A stretch of DNA of 64,000 bases from Trueperaceae bacterium (GTDB taxonomy: Bacteria > Deinococcota > Deinococci > Deinococcales > Trueperaceae). The stretch covers positions 352,001 to 416,000 of the forward strand of contig JAXHNB010000006.1 of assembly GCA_034520945.1 (NCBI GenBank). Reading direction: 5' to 3'. Below are positions 21,890 to 36,001 of the stretch, piece after piece. Position 1 is the first letter of the stretch, and every line of letters starts with the position of its first letter. The position numbers were made by a program, and so were the translations under genes. The notes under the pieces are model-generated. The model saw nothing but the letters and a program-made list of their open reading frames with translations, did not search any database and was not told the DNA's origin.

Positions 21890-22453
21890 ATGGGCAAAGG
21901 TACGTGGCGTTGGCTTCTCGGTGTGGTGCTCGCGGCTCTGATGTCCGTCGGACAGGCGACGGGTGACGGTCCCATGCTGATGCTGGACACGGGCACGCTC
22001 GAGGCCGATCTCGGCGGGACGACCCTTCACGCGAGCGAAGTGACGGGCGCGCACGTCGGTCAGATCGACGAGGAGCTGTTCGTGGCAATCGTGGTCGACG
22101 AGGCGACAAGATCGGACGAGGCGCGCTCGGTCCGCGGCTACGTCTGCAACCGTGAGGTCGGCGTGTGGCTGGACGGCGAGGTGAACGGTAACGAGGTGAC
22201 GCTGTCGTCGGACGACGGCGTCATCCAGCTCGAAGCGCGGATCGGCACGCGACGACGGGTTCGGCGGTCGCGTCCACCTCGGAGAGGCCGGGTCGCACCC
22301 GTTCACGGTGACGTCCGCGACGGGCGACGCGGGCCTGTGCCGCGCCGAGGTGCAGGTCGAGGGCGAGGACCGGATGGCGGGGTGGGGTGGCGTGCCTGGA
22401 GGACGGCCGGCAGCGCGGAGGCCTGGACGGCGAAGGGCGACGACCCGCTGTAG
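21890..22453 (+). pseudogene. frameshifted secreted hypothetical protein
   Basis: Signal peptide, acidic beta-rich body; coding sense shifts frame near 22250 and 22390. Confidence 0.55.
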
Positions 22454-22628
22454 GGGTGGGCGGGGTCGAAAGGTGTTCCGACGTGGTGGTTCGCGTTCGT
22501 GCAGTACCCGTGCGCACCCTTGCCGAGAACGACATGGAGGCGTGGAACGAGTGGTGGATCGCCCCGTCGAGGTACGGGCCCGCACCGCGTGGTGCCCGCA
22601 TCGTGCTCCGTTCATCCTCATGGTCACC

Positions 22629-22660
22629 AAAAAACCCGGCGCGCACGCGCTTGCGCCGGG
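22629..22660 (-). terminator. rho-independent terminator
   Basis: Minus strand CCCGGCGCA-loop-CGCGCCGGG followed by TTTTTT, downstream of the ArsR remnant. Confidence 0.65.
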
Positions 22661-22689
22661 CTCGCGGTGTGCGGGGCTGCTTCTGGCTG

Positions 22690-22960
22690 GACGACCTTTC
22701 TGTCGGCGCGCGTCCCAGAACTGCCGGTACTCCGTAGCCAGCGCTCGACCTCTTGCAGTGGCCAGGCCTCCAAGCTGACGTGATGATGTCGGCCCGAGCG
22801 GCGGCGTCGGATCAGCCCGCGAGCCTCGAGCATCTTGAGGTGCTTGCTGATGGCGGGTGCGCTCACGTCGAAGGGGGCGGCCAACTCCTGGACGGTGGCG
22901 GGCCCCCGGCGGAGGCGAGCCAACATGGCGCGGCGGTTGCGTTCGGCGATCGGAGGGGCG
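22690..22960 (-). pseudogene. ArsR/SmtB regulator remnant
   Basis: LARLRRGPATVQELAAPFDVSAPAISKHLKMLEARGLI; YRQFW tail in another frame; start missing. Confidence 0.8.
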
Positions 22961-23692
22961 CCTCGCGTCGACCCTCGCGACCGTAGTGCTGGCGCTTCGC
23001 GACCCTGTCACGAGCCCTTGCGTCGGAGGATTCGCTATGGTCTACTTTGATTTGGCCCATCGTGGCCACCCCGCGACCCTCACCACAGGTCGCGACCCCC
23101 ACCATCAGGAAGCCCCAGCCGGCCCCCCACTGGCTGGGGCTTCCCTATGGACTGGACCGAGAGGCCGCCGAACGAGGGCGTGCCTACCACCGGCGTTCCG
23201 TCCAAGGGTTCCTCGAAGGGTTCCGCGGCGTGCTACGCTACTCGCACGAGTTTCAAGCTCGATGCCGTGCGCGGACGCCGCCGACAGGGACGACGCCTCC
23301 ACGAAGCATTTCCACGGTGCGGCGCTGGCAATTCGCGTGAAGGCGGACGAGGAGAGGTGTCCGTGTCATGGATTGCGGTCGCTCGCATGCGTCGTGCGCG
23401 GGTCGGAGCCCGTGCCGGATCTTGCATGGCGGCCGGTGCCCCACGTTCGGCACCTACGTCGGCGACGCGATCGGCCTCCTCCAAGACATACGCCTCGCTC
23501 TCGATGGGCTCGGGGCGTGGATCGAGGAACTGCGGGCCGAGGGCACCACCCTGGACCACGCCGAGGATGGTCGCTCGAGGAGAGACGCGTCTCGGTAGGG
23601 CCAGGAGGTAGGCACATGCGACGACCCCACGCACCCATCGTTCCCAACCTCGGTCGGGTGGCGACCGCATTCATTGCTGGCGCCGCGACACC

Positions 23693-24217
23693 ATGAACCA
23701 CCGGGCTTGCTGGGCCGTGGCCGGCAGCTCGTACGCTCGACGCGATGCGATGACAGCCGTCTGCGCCTGGACGGCAGCGCTGGCCTTGTCCGGCCTGCTG
23801 GTCGCCTGCGGCGGGCCGCCGCCTGGGCCGGGCGGGGGCGGCGGGGACACGACGCCACCCACGGTGCTTGCGACCCGACCCGAAGACGGCGCCAGCGACG
23901 TGCCCCTCGAGGCCACGTTGGCCGTCACCTTCTCGGAAGCCATGGATGCGGCCGCGACCGCAGAAGCTTTGGCCCTGACGCCGGCCGTCGCGTGCGACGT
24001 CGCATGGGGCGTGGGGGGAACCGTGTTGTCCTGCGATCCCCAGGAAGCCCTGCGTGCGAACCGCGCCTACGCCGTGACGATCGGAACGGGCGCACGCGAT
24101 ACGGCGGGCAACGCGTTGACGGCCCCCTTCCGGTACGGCTTCACGACCGGAACGGATGCGCGTCCGGTGTGCGCATTCGACATCTCCGCCTTCGACAGCT
24201 GCGTGTTCGGCCTTTAG
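23693..24217 (+). CDS. lipoprotein with Ig-like (Big_5/SbsA) domain
   Basis: LSGLLVAC lipobox; DTTPPTV..P.DGA.DVP....VTFSEAMD..ARDTAGNAL. Confidence 0.85.
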   Translation: MNHRACWAVAGSSYARRDAMTAVCAWTAALALSGLLVACGGPPPGPGGGGGDTTPPTVLATRPEDGASDVPLEATLAVTFSEAMDAAATAEALALTPAVACDVAWGVGGTVLSCDPQEALRANRAYAVTIGTGARDTAGNALTAPFRYGFTTGTDARPVCAFDISAFDSCVFGL

Positions 24218-24249
24218 GTGCCGGCAGCGAGCCTACAAGGAGTCGCACC

Positions 24250-25002
24250 ATGAAAAGGCCGTTCAGAAGCTTGATCGTCACCGTCTCCCTCGCCTTTGGC
24301 GTATGGACCTTCGCCGTCGTCGACCTGAGCCAAGTCGCCACCTCCTTCAAGGGCGGCGACGTGCTGTCCGCCACGACCTTCAACGAACTGTTCGCTGCGA
24401 TCGACGCCAACTTCCAAGCGGTCGTCGCCGCGATCGAGGGCAACGAGACGGCCGTGGAAGCGCTCGAGGGCTTCGACGCCGCCCTCGCGTCCAGTTCCTG
24501 CCCCCCGGGCCAAGCGCTGCAGGCCGTCGCACCCGGCGGGACCGCTACCTGCGTGGCCACCGGTGGGGCGGATCCCGCCGTGGTGCCGGCGGTGAGCGCC
24601 ACGCTGGGCGCAAGCCTCGTCGTGGCGTCGGGAAGCCTCGTAACCGTGCCCTACGAGGCCGAGTTCTTCGACACGGCAGAGCTGCACGACCCCATCGGCG
24701 ACGCACCCCTCCTCATCGCGTCCGAGGCGGGCATCTACCAAGTGTCGGCCACGGTGACGTGGCCCAACGATCCCGACGGCATCCGCCAGATTTTGGTTCG
24801 GCCGCCCGGCGGCTTCGGGCGCTTGAGCGACACGCGCCAGGCGGTGAGCGGCGTCTTGAGCCAGTCCCTGTCGGGCCTGCTGCGGCTCGACGCGGGCGAC
24901 GCGCTCGAGGTGGTCGCGTTTCAGACGAGCGGAGCCGACTTGACGTTGTCCGCGACCTCGCCGCAGCAGTTCGCCATGGTGAAGGTGGCGACCGCCCCGT
25001 AG
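24250..25002 (+). CDS. secreted protein with C1q/TNF-like C-terminal domain
   Basis: Signal anchor; FKGGDVLSA..FNELF motif; coiled segment; AGIYQVSATV..LRLDAGDALEV. Confidence 0.7.
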   Translation: MKRPFRSLIVTVSLAFGVWTFAVVDLSQVATSFKGGDVLSATTFNELFAAIDANFQAVVAAIEGNETAVEALEGFDAALASSSCPPGQALQAVAPGGTATCVATGGADPAVVPAVSATLGASLVVASGSLVTVPYEAEFFDTAELHDPIGDAPLLIASEAGIYQVSATVTWPNDPDGIRQILVRPPGGFGRLSDTRQAVSGVLSQSLSGLLRLDAGDALEVVAFQTSGADLTLSATSPQQFAMVKVATAP

Positions 25003-25259
25003 GCCGGGGCCCAATGTTCACGACGGCGGACGCGGCCTGACGTGCAGCCCGAATCCGGCCGAAGCATGGCGCACGCAATGCTGGACGCGCCACCGTACGT
25101 CGAACGCCACCACGCGTTTCCTCGCGGGCCTCGCCGACCGCGCGGTACCTGCTCCACACGCCCGATCGCAGCGAGGGACGCGAGCACCGGCTACGCTGGG
25201 CGCCGCAGTGTGCGCCGTCCCTTTAGACGGGTCGCCGATCATTGGATACGTGGAGCGCC

Positions 25260-26165
25260 ATGGATAGCGATCACACCACACGTCTTGCGAGTTGGATCGT
25301 GGCCGGGACCGGCGCGCTGTGGGGCCTGTACTGGCTGCCGGTGCGCCGCCTGGCCGAGATCGCCCTCCCAGGCGCCTGGGGGGCTCTGGCGATCGTCGCC
25401 GCTGCGGCGGTTGTCCTGGCACCCGTGGCGCTGAGGCGACGCCAGGAGCTGGCAGGCGTGGACCCTTCGGGTCTCGCCTCGCTCGCCCTTGGTGGCGCCG
25501 CCTTCCTGCTCTACTCCGTCGGATTCGTGTACGGACGGGTCGCGATCATCATCCTGCTGTTCTACTTGACGCCGGTCTGGAGCACGCTGATCGGACGATT
25601 CGTGATGGGGTGGCGCGCGCCGCGCCTACGCATCGTCGCCATCGCGATCGGCCTCGCCGGCCTGATGGTGATGCTCGCGGGGGATGGCACACTCCCGGTC
25701 CCGCGCGGCCCGGGCGAGTGGCTGGCCCTGCTCTCCGGCCTGCTGTGGTCGGTCTCGACCACCGGCATTCGCACCAAGTCCATGCCCGGACCGGTCGTGG
25801 CCGCCTTCGTCTTCGTCCTCGGCGCTCTTGCGGGGGCGTTGCTGCTGGCGCCGCTTCTGGAGCCCCTTCCGGCGAGCATTCCGCGCGCGAGCGTGCTTCC
25901 GGCGATCGGCTGGACGTTGGCTGCGGGGGGTCTCTGGTGGGGCGTGTCCATGGTGGGCCTGATGTGGTCGACGGTGCGTCTGGAGCCCGCGCGTGTGGGT
26001 CTGCTGTTGATGCCGGAGGTTCTCGTCGGCGCCGTGTCGGCGGCGCTTCTCGCCAGGGAACACTTGGCATCGTTGGAAGTCGTTGGAGGAGCGCTGGTCC
26101 TGTGCGCCAGTCTGTTGGAGCTCTGGCCCATGCAGGGGCGACGCAGCCTTCGTGCGCGGCCATGA
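25260..26165 (+). CDS. DMT/EamA family transporter
   Basis: About 10 TM segments; LWGLYWLP, LFYLTPVWSTL, EPARVGLLLMPEV. Confidence 0.9.
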   Translation: MDSDHTTRLASWIVAGTGALWGLYWLPVRRLAEIALPGAWGALAIVAAAAVVLAPVALRRRQELAGVDPSGLASLALGGAAFLLYSVGFVYGRVAIIILLFYLTPVWSTLIGRFVMGWRAPRLRIVAIAIGLAGLMVMLAGDGTLPVPRGPGEWLALLSGLLWSVSTTGIRTKSMPGPVVAAFVFVLGALAGALLLAPLLEPLPASIPRASVLPAIGWTLAAGGLWWGVSMVGLMWSTVRLEPARVGLLLMPEVLVGAVSAALLAREHLASLEVVGGALVLCASLLELWPMQGRRSLRARP

Positions 26166-26252
26166 TCCACAGCGCGTTCCGACCCCTTCCTGCTCATTGG
26201 GCCGGGCGGTTCGGACGCGCCTTGCGAGGTCGGAAGACGCACCCACGCGGTC

Positions 26253-26513
26253 TCAGTTGCGATAGACGCGACGTCGATGTGCAACCTTCACGACGTAGAT
26301 GAGGAGTTCCTGGTCGATGATCTCGTAGACGATGCGGTACACGCCCTGGCGAACGCGATATCGCGGTTGACCGCTGAGCTTCTCGCAATCCTGGGGACGC
26401 GGATCTTCGGCCAGTTCCTGGATGCGGTGCAGGATGCGCGCCACGTCCTTCGCGGGAATGGGGCGCAGGTCCTTCCGGACGCTCGCCTTGAATCTGAGCC
26501 TATAGCGTGCCAT
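26253..26513 (-). CDS. RelE-family toxin
   Basis: DPRPQDCEKLSG..YRVRQGVYRIVYEI..VVKVAHRR. Confidence 0.92.
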   Translation of the reverse strand: MARYRLRFKASVRKDLRPIPAKDVARILHRIQELAEDPRPQDCEKLSGQPRYRVRQGVYRIVYEIIDQELLIYVVKVAHRRRVYRN

Positions 26514-26733
26514 CCGCCTCGAGGGCGCGCAGCAGGTCCTCGTAGCTCATGGTGGGCTCCCCAGCGCGGTCGTCGAAGGCGGCGAGATCCTCCCGGTCCT
26601 CGGCGAACGCGGTGCGAAGCGCCTCGTTGACCAGGTCGGACACGGACCGGCCCGAGTGGGCGGCTTTCACGCGCAATGCTTCGTGCAAGCGGGGTTCGAA
26701 GTAGACCGTGGAGCGCTTGGACCGCTCAGCCAT
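26500..26733 (-). CDS. CopG/RHH antitoxin
   Basis: RSTVYFEPRLHEALR..SVSDLVNEA; overlaps toxin start. Confidence 0.88.
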   Translation of the reverse strand: MAERSKRSTVYFEPRLHEALRVKAAHSGRSVSDLVNEALRTAFAEDREDLAAFDDRAGEPTMSYEDLLRALEADGTL

Positions 26734-28807
26734 GGCAACCCCCTTCCGGCGACATTATAGCGTCATGATGTTGTGGCGCCTCGGCCAGCTCGGTCCAGGC
26801 ACGCAGCGTCTCGGCCACCGACCAGGCCTGCGCGGGGCAGCCGCGCGGCCCATGGGGAGCGTCACCGTCGAAGATCTCGGCGATCGACCCGACGCCGTGC
26901 GCCCGTAGGTGGTCGCGGAACGGCTCGAGAAACGAGCGCGCCACCCGGGCGTCGCCGTGCACCCGCTCGTGCGCCAACGCGAATGGGCCCAGCAGCCAGC
27001 CCCAGGCCGTGCCCTGGTGGTAGGCGCCGTCCCGGGCGGAGGCGTCGCCGCCGTAGTGGCCATGGTAGTCGGGATGCTCGGGGGCCAGGCTGCGCAGGCC
27101 GTGCGAGGTGAGCAACGACCGTTCGCAGGCGTCCACGATGGCGCGTTGGCGCCCTACGCCGAAGGCGCTGGCCGGCAGCGACACCGCCAAGATCTGGTTC
27201 GGCCGCAGGGAGGGATCATTACCGGTGGGCCCATCGAGGACGTCCATGAGGTGGGCGCGCTCCCGGTCCCAGAATCGCTGCATGCCGGCGCGCACCCGTT
27301 CGGCGCGGGCGGTCCACGGGGCGGGGTCGAGGCCCAGCCGCTCGGCCAGGCCGGCCAGCGCCACCAGGCCGTTGAACCAGAGCGCGTTGACCTCCACGCA
27401 CTTCCCCTGGCGGGGGGTGACGACCCAGTCGCCGACCTTCGCGTCCATCCAGGTCAGCTGGACGCCCAGTTCGCCGGCGCGCAGCAGACCGTCCGCCGGG
27501 TCGACACCGATGCCGTAGCGGGTACCGCGTTCGTGTGCGTCGACGATCGCCTCGAGCACCGGCCACAACTCGCGGGCCAGGTCCAGGTCGTCGCTGGCCT
27601 GCACGTAGGCGCGCACCGCTTCGAGGAACCACAGGGTGGCGTCCACCGTGTTGTACGCGGGGTCCCCGTCCTCATCGGGGAAGCGGTTGGGCAACATGCC
27701 GCCATCCACGAAGTGCGCGTAGGTGGTGAGCAGCTCGCGGGCCACGTCGGGCCGGCCGGTGCACAGCGTCAGGCCGGGCAGGGCGACCATCGTGTCGCGC
27801 CCCCAGTCGCCGAACCAGGGGTAGCCGGCGATGACGGAGGTGCCCGGCCGCCCGTCCACCGGCCGCTCGACCAGGAACTGGTCCGCGGCCAGCGCCAGCC
27901 GCGCGCCGAACGAATCGGCGCTGCGCCCCTGGTGCGCCTCGAAGCGCGCCACGACCGCCGCGTCGGCCGCGGCGGCCTGCTGGAACGCCTCGGCCGGGTC
28001 GACGGGGTCCGCGTCGGCCGACAGCACCAGGTGCGCCGCGTCGCCCGGCGCCAGGTCGACCGTGGCGGTGGCGGCGTGCAGGGCATCGTCGAAGTGATCC
28101 AGCCCCCGCTCGCGTTCCCGGGCCAGGAGGAACCCTTCGTACCAGGCGTCGGCCGGCGTCAGCGTCATGGCGTCGCTGGCGATGCGCAGCGCGGCGTCAT
28201 GTGCGGGCGCCGCGACCACGACCGCGCCGCCCTCGGCCGTGGCGGTTAGGTCCGTGTCGGTCGCCCGCGTGGTGGCGTGGAAGTCGCGGTGCGTCGCCAG
28301 CACCTTCGCCGTCAGGCGGACCGGCGAGGGGGCCCGCACGAGTCGGGATTGGAGCACGGTGACGTTGCGTCCCGGCATCATCGTCAGACGCTGCTCGACG
28401 CAGATCGCACCGACGCAGAACCGCCAGACCGGCGTGCGTCCCTCGAGCCAGAACGCTTCGAGGTGATCGAAGCCGCGCGGATCGACCACGTCGCCGCGCC
28501 AGTGCGAGGCGTGCAGGCCGATCTCGCGACCGGCGAGCTGCAGCGAGGTGTGCACATCGGTGGCCATCACCGTGCGCTGGGCCGGGGGCGCCAACGCGGC
28601 CACCAACAGGCCGTGGTAGCGACGCGTCCGGATGCCTGGCACCGTGCCCGACGCGAACCCGCCGATCCCGTTCGTGACCAGCCACTCGAGCCCGTCGCGG
28701 GTCGCCGCGCCGGCGGTCGCCGCGGCGCCGGACGGTGCGGCGCCGGACGGCGGGGCGCCGCAGGCGGCACGGCCAAAGCGGACGGGATGCGGCGCGAGGG
28801 GGCTCAC
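26726..28807 (-). CDS. amylo-alpha-1,6-glucosidase (glycogen debranching enzyme)
   Basis: [47 protein letters not shown]. Confidence 0.93.
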   Translation of the reverse strand: MSPLAPHPVRFGRAACGAPPSGAAPSGAAATAGAATRDGLEWLVTNGIGGFASGTVPGIRTRRYHGLLVAALAPPAQRTVMATDVHTSLQLAGREIGLHASHWRGDVVDPRGFDHLEAFWLEGRTPVWRFCVGAICVEQRLTMMPGRNVTVLQSRLVRAPSPVRLTAKVLATHRDFHATTRATDTDLTATAEGGAVVVAAPAHDAALRIASDAMTLTPADAWYEGFLLARERERGLDHFDDALHAATATVDLAPGDAAHLVLSADADPVDPAEAFQQAAAADAAVVARFEAHQGRSADSFGARLALAADQFLVERPVDGRPGTSVIAGYPWFGDWGRDTMVALPGLTLCTGRPDVARELLTTYAHFVDGGMLPNRFPDEDGDPAYNTVDATLWFLEAVRAYVQASDDLDLARELWPVLEAIVDAHERGTRYGIGVDPADGLLRAGELGVQLTWMDAKVGDWVVTPRQGKCVEVNALWFNGLVALAGLAERLGLDPAPWTARAERVRAGMQRFWDRERAHLMDVLDGPTGNDPSLRPNQILAVSLPASAFGVGRQRAIVDACERSLLTSHGLRSLAPEHPDYHGHYGGDASARDGAYHQGTAWGWLLGPFALAHERVHGDARVARSFLEPFRDHLRAHGVGSIAEIFDGDAPHGPRGCPAQAWSVAETLRAWTELAEAPQHHDAIMSPEGGCHG

Positions 28808-30396
28808 GTCCCGCTCGGCGGCTGGTAGCGAGCCTCCGTCGGATCCTCGCCGGGCGTGCGGCGAACGCGCCCGTTGGCGGCCAGGTGCTCGAGCAGTTGC
28901 TGTACCGTCTCGGTCCGCTCGGGGTGGCCCGCCTCCTGGGCCAGGTCGACCGCGGTCCGCGGCGTGTCCGGCGCGGTCCGCAGGGCGGCCAGGACCGCTT
29001 TGTGCAGCGCGATCACGTCACCCGCGGCGCGCTTGCCGGCCTCGACGCCGGGCTGGTGGTAGGCGTTGACGCCGATCAGGTGGGCGTAGAGGCCGACCGC
29101 CCGCTCGAACAGCGCGATCAGCGCGCCCAGGCTGCGCGCGTCCACGTTCGGGAGGGTGATCGTGAGCGACTCGCGCGCGTTCTGCGACAACGCCTCGCGG
29201 GTGCCGAGGAGGAAGCCCAGCAGGTAGTCGCCGGTGGTGACGTCGGGCTCGACCTCCAGCGCTGGGCCGTCCTGGTCCCGCAGCACCTGCACGAAGGTGA
29301 CGAAGAAGTCGTTCGTGCCGTCGCGAAGCTGCTGCACGTAGGCGTGCTGGTCGGTGGACCCCTTGTTGCCGTACACCGTCAGACCCTGCTCGACGCGCCT
29401 TCCGTTCAGATCTTCGGCCTTGCCCAGCGACTCCATCACGAGCTGTTGCAAGTAGCGCGAGAACAGCAGCAGGCGGTCCTTGTACGGCAGCACCACCATG
29501 GCCTTGTTTCCGTGTCCGTCTCCGGCGTGATGCCACATCAGCGCCAGAAGGGCGGCCGGGTTCGCGGTCGGCTCACGCACGCGGGTGGCCTCGTCCATGG
29601 CGGCAGCCCCCGCCAGCAGGGCGTCGATGTCGACGCCCTGCAGCGCGGCCGGCAGCAGCCCGACGGCCGAGAACACGGAGGTTCGGCCGCCCACCCAGTC
29701 CCACATCGGGAAGCGGGCCGACCAGCCGGCCTCCTGCGCCAGGCGGTCCAGTCGACTGCCGGCGCCGGTGACCGCTACGGCGTGCGCGGCGAAGTCCAGG
29801 CCGGCGTCGCGGTAGGCGCGCTGCGCGGTGAGCATGCCGTTGTGGGTTTCCTGGGTTCCTCCCGACTTCGACACCACCAGCGTGAGCGTGCGCGCCAGGT
29901 CGTCGCCAAGTCGGGCCAGGACGCGCTCCATGCCGTCTGGATCGGTGTTGTCGAAGAAGTGCACCGCGAGCGGGTCGTCTTCGCCGCCCAGCGCGCCGGC
30001 GACGAGCTGCGGGCCGAGGGCCGACCCGCCGATGCCCACGACGAGGACGTGCTCGAACCGCTCGGCGCGCTGGGGGCGTCGCCTGCCGGTGTGGACGTCG
30101 CGGGCGAAGTCGCGGATCGCTTCGCGGGTCGCGACGATGGCGTCCGTCATCTCGCGGTCGGGCGCGAGCTCCGGGGCGCGCAGCCAGTAGTGGCCCACCC
30201 TCCGGTCCTCGTCGGGGTTGGCGATGGCGCCCCCTTCCAGGGCGGCCATGGCTTCGAGCGCGTCGGCCATGGGGGCTTCCATCCGCGCCAGAAAGTCGTC
30301 GCTGAATCGCATGCGTGAGATGTCCAGCGTCACGTCCAGCGCCTCGACCTTGCACAGGTGGGCTCGGTAGCGTGCCCACGTCCCGGTATCGCTCAT
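28804..30396 (-). CDS. pgi: glucose-6-phosphate isomerase
   Basis: [41 protein letters not shown]; start MSDTG overlaps upstream stop. Confidence 0.95.
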   Translation of the reverse strand: MSDTGTWARYRAHLCKVEALDVTLDISRMRFSDDFLARMEAPMADALEAMAALEGGAIANPDEDRRVGHYWLRAPELAPDREMTDAIVATREAIRDFARDVHTGRRRPQRAERFEHVLVVGIGGSALGPQLVAGALGGEDDPLAVHFFDNTDPDGMERVLARLGDDLARTLTLVVSKSGGTQETHNGMLTAQRAYRDAGLDFAAHAVAVTGAGSRLDRLAQEAGWSARFPMWDWVGGRTSVFSAVGLLPAALQGVDIDALLAGAAAMDEATRVREPTANPAALLALMWHHAGDGHGNKAMVVLPYKDRLLLFSRYLQQLVMESLGKAEDLNGRRVEQGLTVYGNKGSTDQHAYVQQLRDGTNDFFVTFVQVLRDQDGPALEVEPDVTTGDYLLGFLLGTREALSQNARESLTITLPNVDARSLGALIALFERAVGLYAHLIGVNAYHQPGVEAGKRAAGDVIALHKAVLAALRTAPDTPRTAVDLAQEAGHPERTETVQQLLEHLAANGRVRRTPGEDPTEARYQPPSGT

Positions 30397-30977
30397 CGCT
30401 CGTCCTCCAGGTGACAGATCTCGTTCCAGTGCCGCAATACGGGGCGTTCCCGTTCGGTCCCTAGGACGCAGACCGAGGCCGTGTCCAGCGCCAGCGCGCC
30501 GCCGGCGTTCGGCGGCCAGCCCAGCCAGCGGGCGGCCAGTACGCGCAACAGGTGACCGTGCGCGAATAGGGCGGCCGCGCCGTTTTGCGCGCGGACCCGC
30601 TCGATTACGCGGTCGGCGCGTGCACCTACGTCGCGGGCCGACTCGCCGTTCGGTGCGCCGTCGTCCCAGATCGTCCAGCCCGGCCACTCGGTGCGGATGT
30701 CGGCGGTGGTGCGCCCATCGTACGCGCCGTAGTCCCACTCTTGCAGGTCGGGATCCAGCTGGGCGACGTCGCCGTAGCCGGCCAAGCGGCAGGTCTCCAG
30801 GGCACGTGTCAACGGGCTGGTCAAAACCAGCTCGAACGACCTGTCGGCGATGCGGCTGCCAAGCGCCCCTGCCTGCTTGCGGCCGCGCTCGGTCAGCGGG
30901 ATGTCGCTCCGGCCGGTGTGCCGTCCCGACACCGTCCAGGGTGTCTCACCGTGCCGCAACAGCCATAGCTCGCTCAT
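30393..30977 (-). CDS. histidine phosphatase (PGM family)
   Basis: LRHGET, SPLTRA, EWDYG, AHGH. Confidence 0.92.
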   Translation of the reverse strand: MSELWLLRHGETPWTVSGRHTGRSDIPLTERGRKQAGALGSRIADRSFELVLTSPLTRALETCRLAGYGDVAQLDPDLQEWDYGAYDGRTTADIRTEWPGWTIWDDGAPNGESARDVGARADRVIERVRAQNGAAALFAHGHLLRVLAARWLGWPPNAGGALALDTASVCVLGTERERPVLRHWNEICHLEDER

Positions 30978-32349
30978 GTCGTCTCCCTCCTCTCGCCCGG
31001 CTCGCTCCAGCCTTCGGGCACCAGGCGCGCCGCTTCGGCGGGCCCCCAGGAGCCGGGCTCGTACACGGTGGGCGGTTCGGTCCGACGTAGCGCCGGCTCG
31101 ACGATGCGCCACGCCTCTTCGACGTAGTCCTGGCGGGCGAAGCGGAACGTCTCGCCCCGCATCGCGTCGCTCAGCAGCTCCGCGTACGGTTCGCGGTCGG
31201 CGCCCTCGTGGGCGTGTGTCGCGAATAGCTCCAGCACGTGGCCGTGCGCCCGGTCCGGCTCGTGCACGCTGGCGCCCAGGGCGATCTGGAGGTCGGGGTC
31301 CAGTTGGAAGCGCACGTGGTTGGGATCCAGTGGTACGCCCACGACGCTGGGGGGCCGGCGCAGCTCGACGATCACGCCGGTGCGCAGGACCGGGAGGCGC
31401 TTGCCGGTCCGGATGTAGAACGGCACGCCCTGCCAGCGCCACGAGTCCACGGCCAGTTCCAGCGCGGCGAACGTCTCGGTACGGGAGTCCGCGGCGACGC
31501 CGGGCTCGTCCAGGTAGCCGCGGAACTGTCCGCGAAGCAGCCGACTCGGATCGAGCGGCGCGATCGCCTTAAGCACCTTCACCTTCTCGTCGCGCAGCGT
31601 CTCGGCGTCGTCGCTACGGGGCGGGGGTTCCATCGCCACGTTGGACAGCACTTGCAGCAGGTGGTTCTGGATCACGTCGCGTACCGCGCCGGTGGCGTCG
31701 TAGAACGCGCCACGCCCCTCGACGCCGAACGGCTCGGCCATGGTGATCTGTACGTTCGCGACGTAGTGGCGGTTCCAGATCGGCTCCAGGAAGGCGTTGG
31801 CGAAGCGGAAGAACACCAGGTTCTGGACGGCTTCCTTGCCCAGGAAGTGGTCGATACGGAAGATGGCGCTCTCGTCGACCTGCTCGTGAAGCACCGCGTT
31901 CAACCGGCGCGCAGAGTTCAGGTCGGTCCCGAACGGTTTTTCGAGCACCAGGCGTGCGTTGCGCGCGCAGCCGCTGCGCACCAGCTGATCGATCACCAGC
32001 TCGAACACGGCTTGCGGCACGGCCAGGTAGTGCACGGGCCGCTGGGCGCCGCCCAGTTCGCGGTAGATCGCGTCGAACGTGGCAGGGTCGGCGTAGTCGC
32101 CCGGCACGTACCGCAGAAGCCGCACGAGGCGCTCGGTGGCGTCCGGGTCGGGCGCTCCGCCGTGCTGCTCCAAGCTGTCGCGAGCGCGCGCCTGGAACTG
32201 CTCCAGCGTCCAGTCTTCGAAGGCGACGCCGATCACGGGCACGTCCAGCTGGCCGTCGGCGAGCATGCGCCGCAATGCGGGGAAGATCTTCTTGAATGCC
32301 AAGTCGCCGGTCGCGCCGTAGAACACCAGCGCGCCGGAGCGTTCGGCGC

Positions 32350-32353
<4 letters not shown>
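30974..32353 (-). CDS. zwf: glucose-6-phosphate dehydrogenase
   Basis: [40 protein letters not shown]. Confidence 0.96.
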
Positions 32354-35085
<2,732 letters not shown>

Positions 35086-35273
35086 GACTCGCACCTCCCG
35101 GGAATGCGCGATGGTACGCCCGGCCGGCCTGAGGGATCGGTCGGGCGCTTGACGGGCGGTCGGGGCGGTTCGGACGGCGTGGGGCCACGCGGACAGCGAG
35201 CCGGGGGAGGTTCACCCTGCCAACATCGCCTGAACGCGTGGTCACACGGCCCGGCGCGCCGTGGACGCGCGAC

Positions 35274-35360
35274 CGCGTCAGCGCACCGTTCGCTCCAAGA
35301 AGCCGATGAGCACCTGATTGAACGCCTCGCTGCGCTCTTCGTTGGGAAGCAGCGCCGCGT
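35274..35360. repeat. 87-bp direct repeat of 35966-36052 (3' end of the alpha/beta hydrolase gene)
   Basis: CGCGTCAGCGCACCGTTCGCTCC...GCCGCGT occurs twice, 692 bp apart, with 2 mismatches. Confidence 0.97.
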
Positions 35361-35414
35361 GACGTCGCGCGGGGTCGCTGCGAGGATCGTCCCAGCCCTT
35401 CGTGTAGTACGATT

Positions 35415-35438
35415 GGACGTACTCTAGGAGGTACGTCC
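35415..35438. promoter_or_regulatory. putative TA operator
   Basis: GGACGTAC-N8-GTACGTCC perfect inverted repeat enclosing the AGGAG RBS of the antitoxin. Confidence 0.65.
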
Positions 35439-35439
35439 C

Positions 35440-35715
35440 ATGGGTGTCTTGCCTTCCATCATTCCGATCTCGGACCTGCGCCAAGACGCTGCTCGCGTCA
35501 TCAAACGTGTCGTCGCGTCGGACGAGCCGGTCGTCATCACCCAGCGGGGGCGGGCCGCTGCCGTGCTGGTGAGCGCCGAGGCGTACGAGCGCACGCAGTA
35601 CGAGAACGACATCTTGCGCGCGCTCGCCCGCGGCGATGCGGAGCTCGCGGCGGGGCTCGGCCCCGATGCCGAGGACGTAATGGCGGAGGCGCGCACCGTG
35701 CTCGACGAAACCTAG
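35440..35715 (+). CDS. Phd/YefM antitoxin
   Basis: IIPISDLRQ..EPVVITQRGRAAAVLVS. Confidence 0.92.
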   Translation: MGVLPSIIPISDLRQDAARVIKRVVASDEPVVITQRGRAAAVLVSAEAYERTQYENDILRALARGDAELAAGLGPDAEDVMAEARTVLDET

Positions 35716-35719
35716 CGGG

Positions 35720-36001
35720 ATGCGGGTGCGCTTCACGCCGCAAGCCGCGCAGCAGTACCTGGACGCGTTGCGGAATCTCCGCACCAAGAACGCCGCCGGG
35801 GCATCGACCGTCCAACAGCGTACGGAGGCTGTGGTCGCGTTGCTCCGCGAACACCCGCACGCGGGTCACGCGATCCCGGAGTTCCCCGAGCTACCGCACC
35901 GCGAGCTCTCCGCCCCGCCGTACCGCTTGTTCTACCGCGTGGTGGACGACACGGTCTGGATCGTTCGCGTCAGCGCACCGTTCGCTCCAAGAAGCCGATG
36001 A
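35720..36001 (+). CDS. RelE/ParE toxin (C-terminus runs into the repeat)
   Basis: MRVRFTPQA..HPHAG..RELSAPPYRLFYRV..VWIVRV. Confidence 0.85.
   Translation: MRVRFTPQAAQQYLDALRNLRTKNAAGASTVQQRTEAVVALLREHPHAGHAIPEFPELPHRELSAPPYRLFYRVVDDTVWIVRVSAPFAPRSR

Noticed and set aside
22480..22625. Possible SRPBCC gene after the ArsR remnant
   Set aside because: No convincing motif, and a terminator intervenes
35278..35787. 169-aa minus ORF ending like the hydrolase
   Set aside because: Antisense to the TA module and only picks up the duplicated tail
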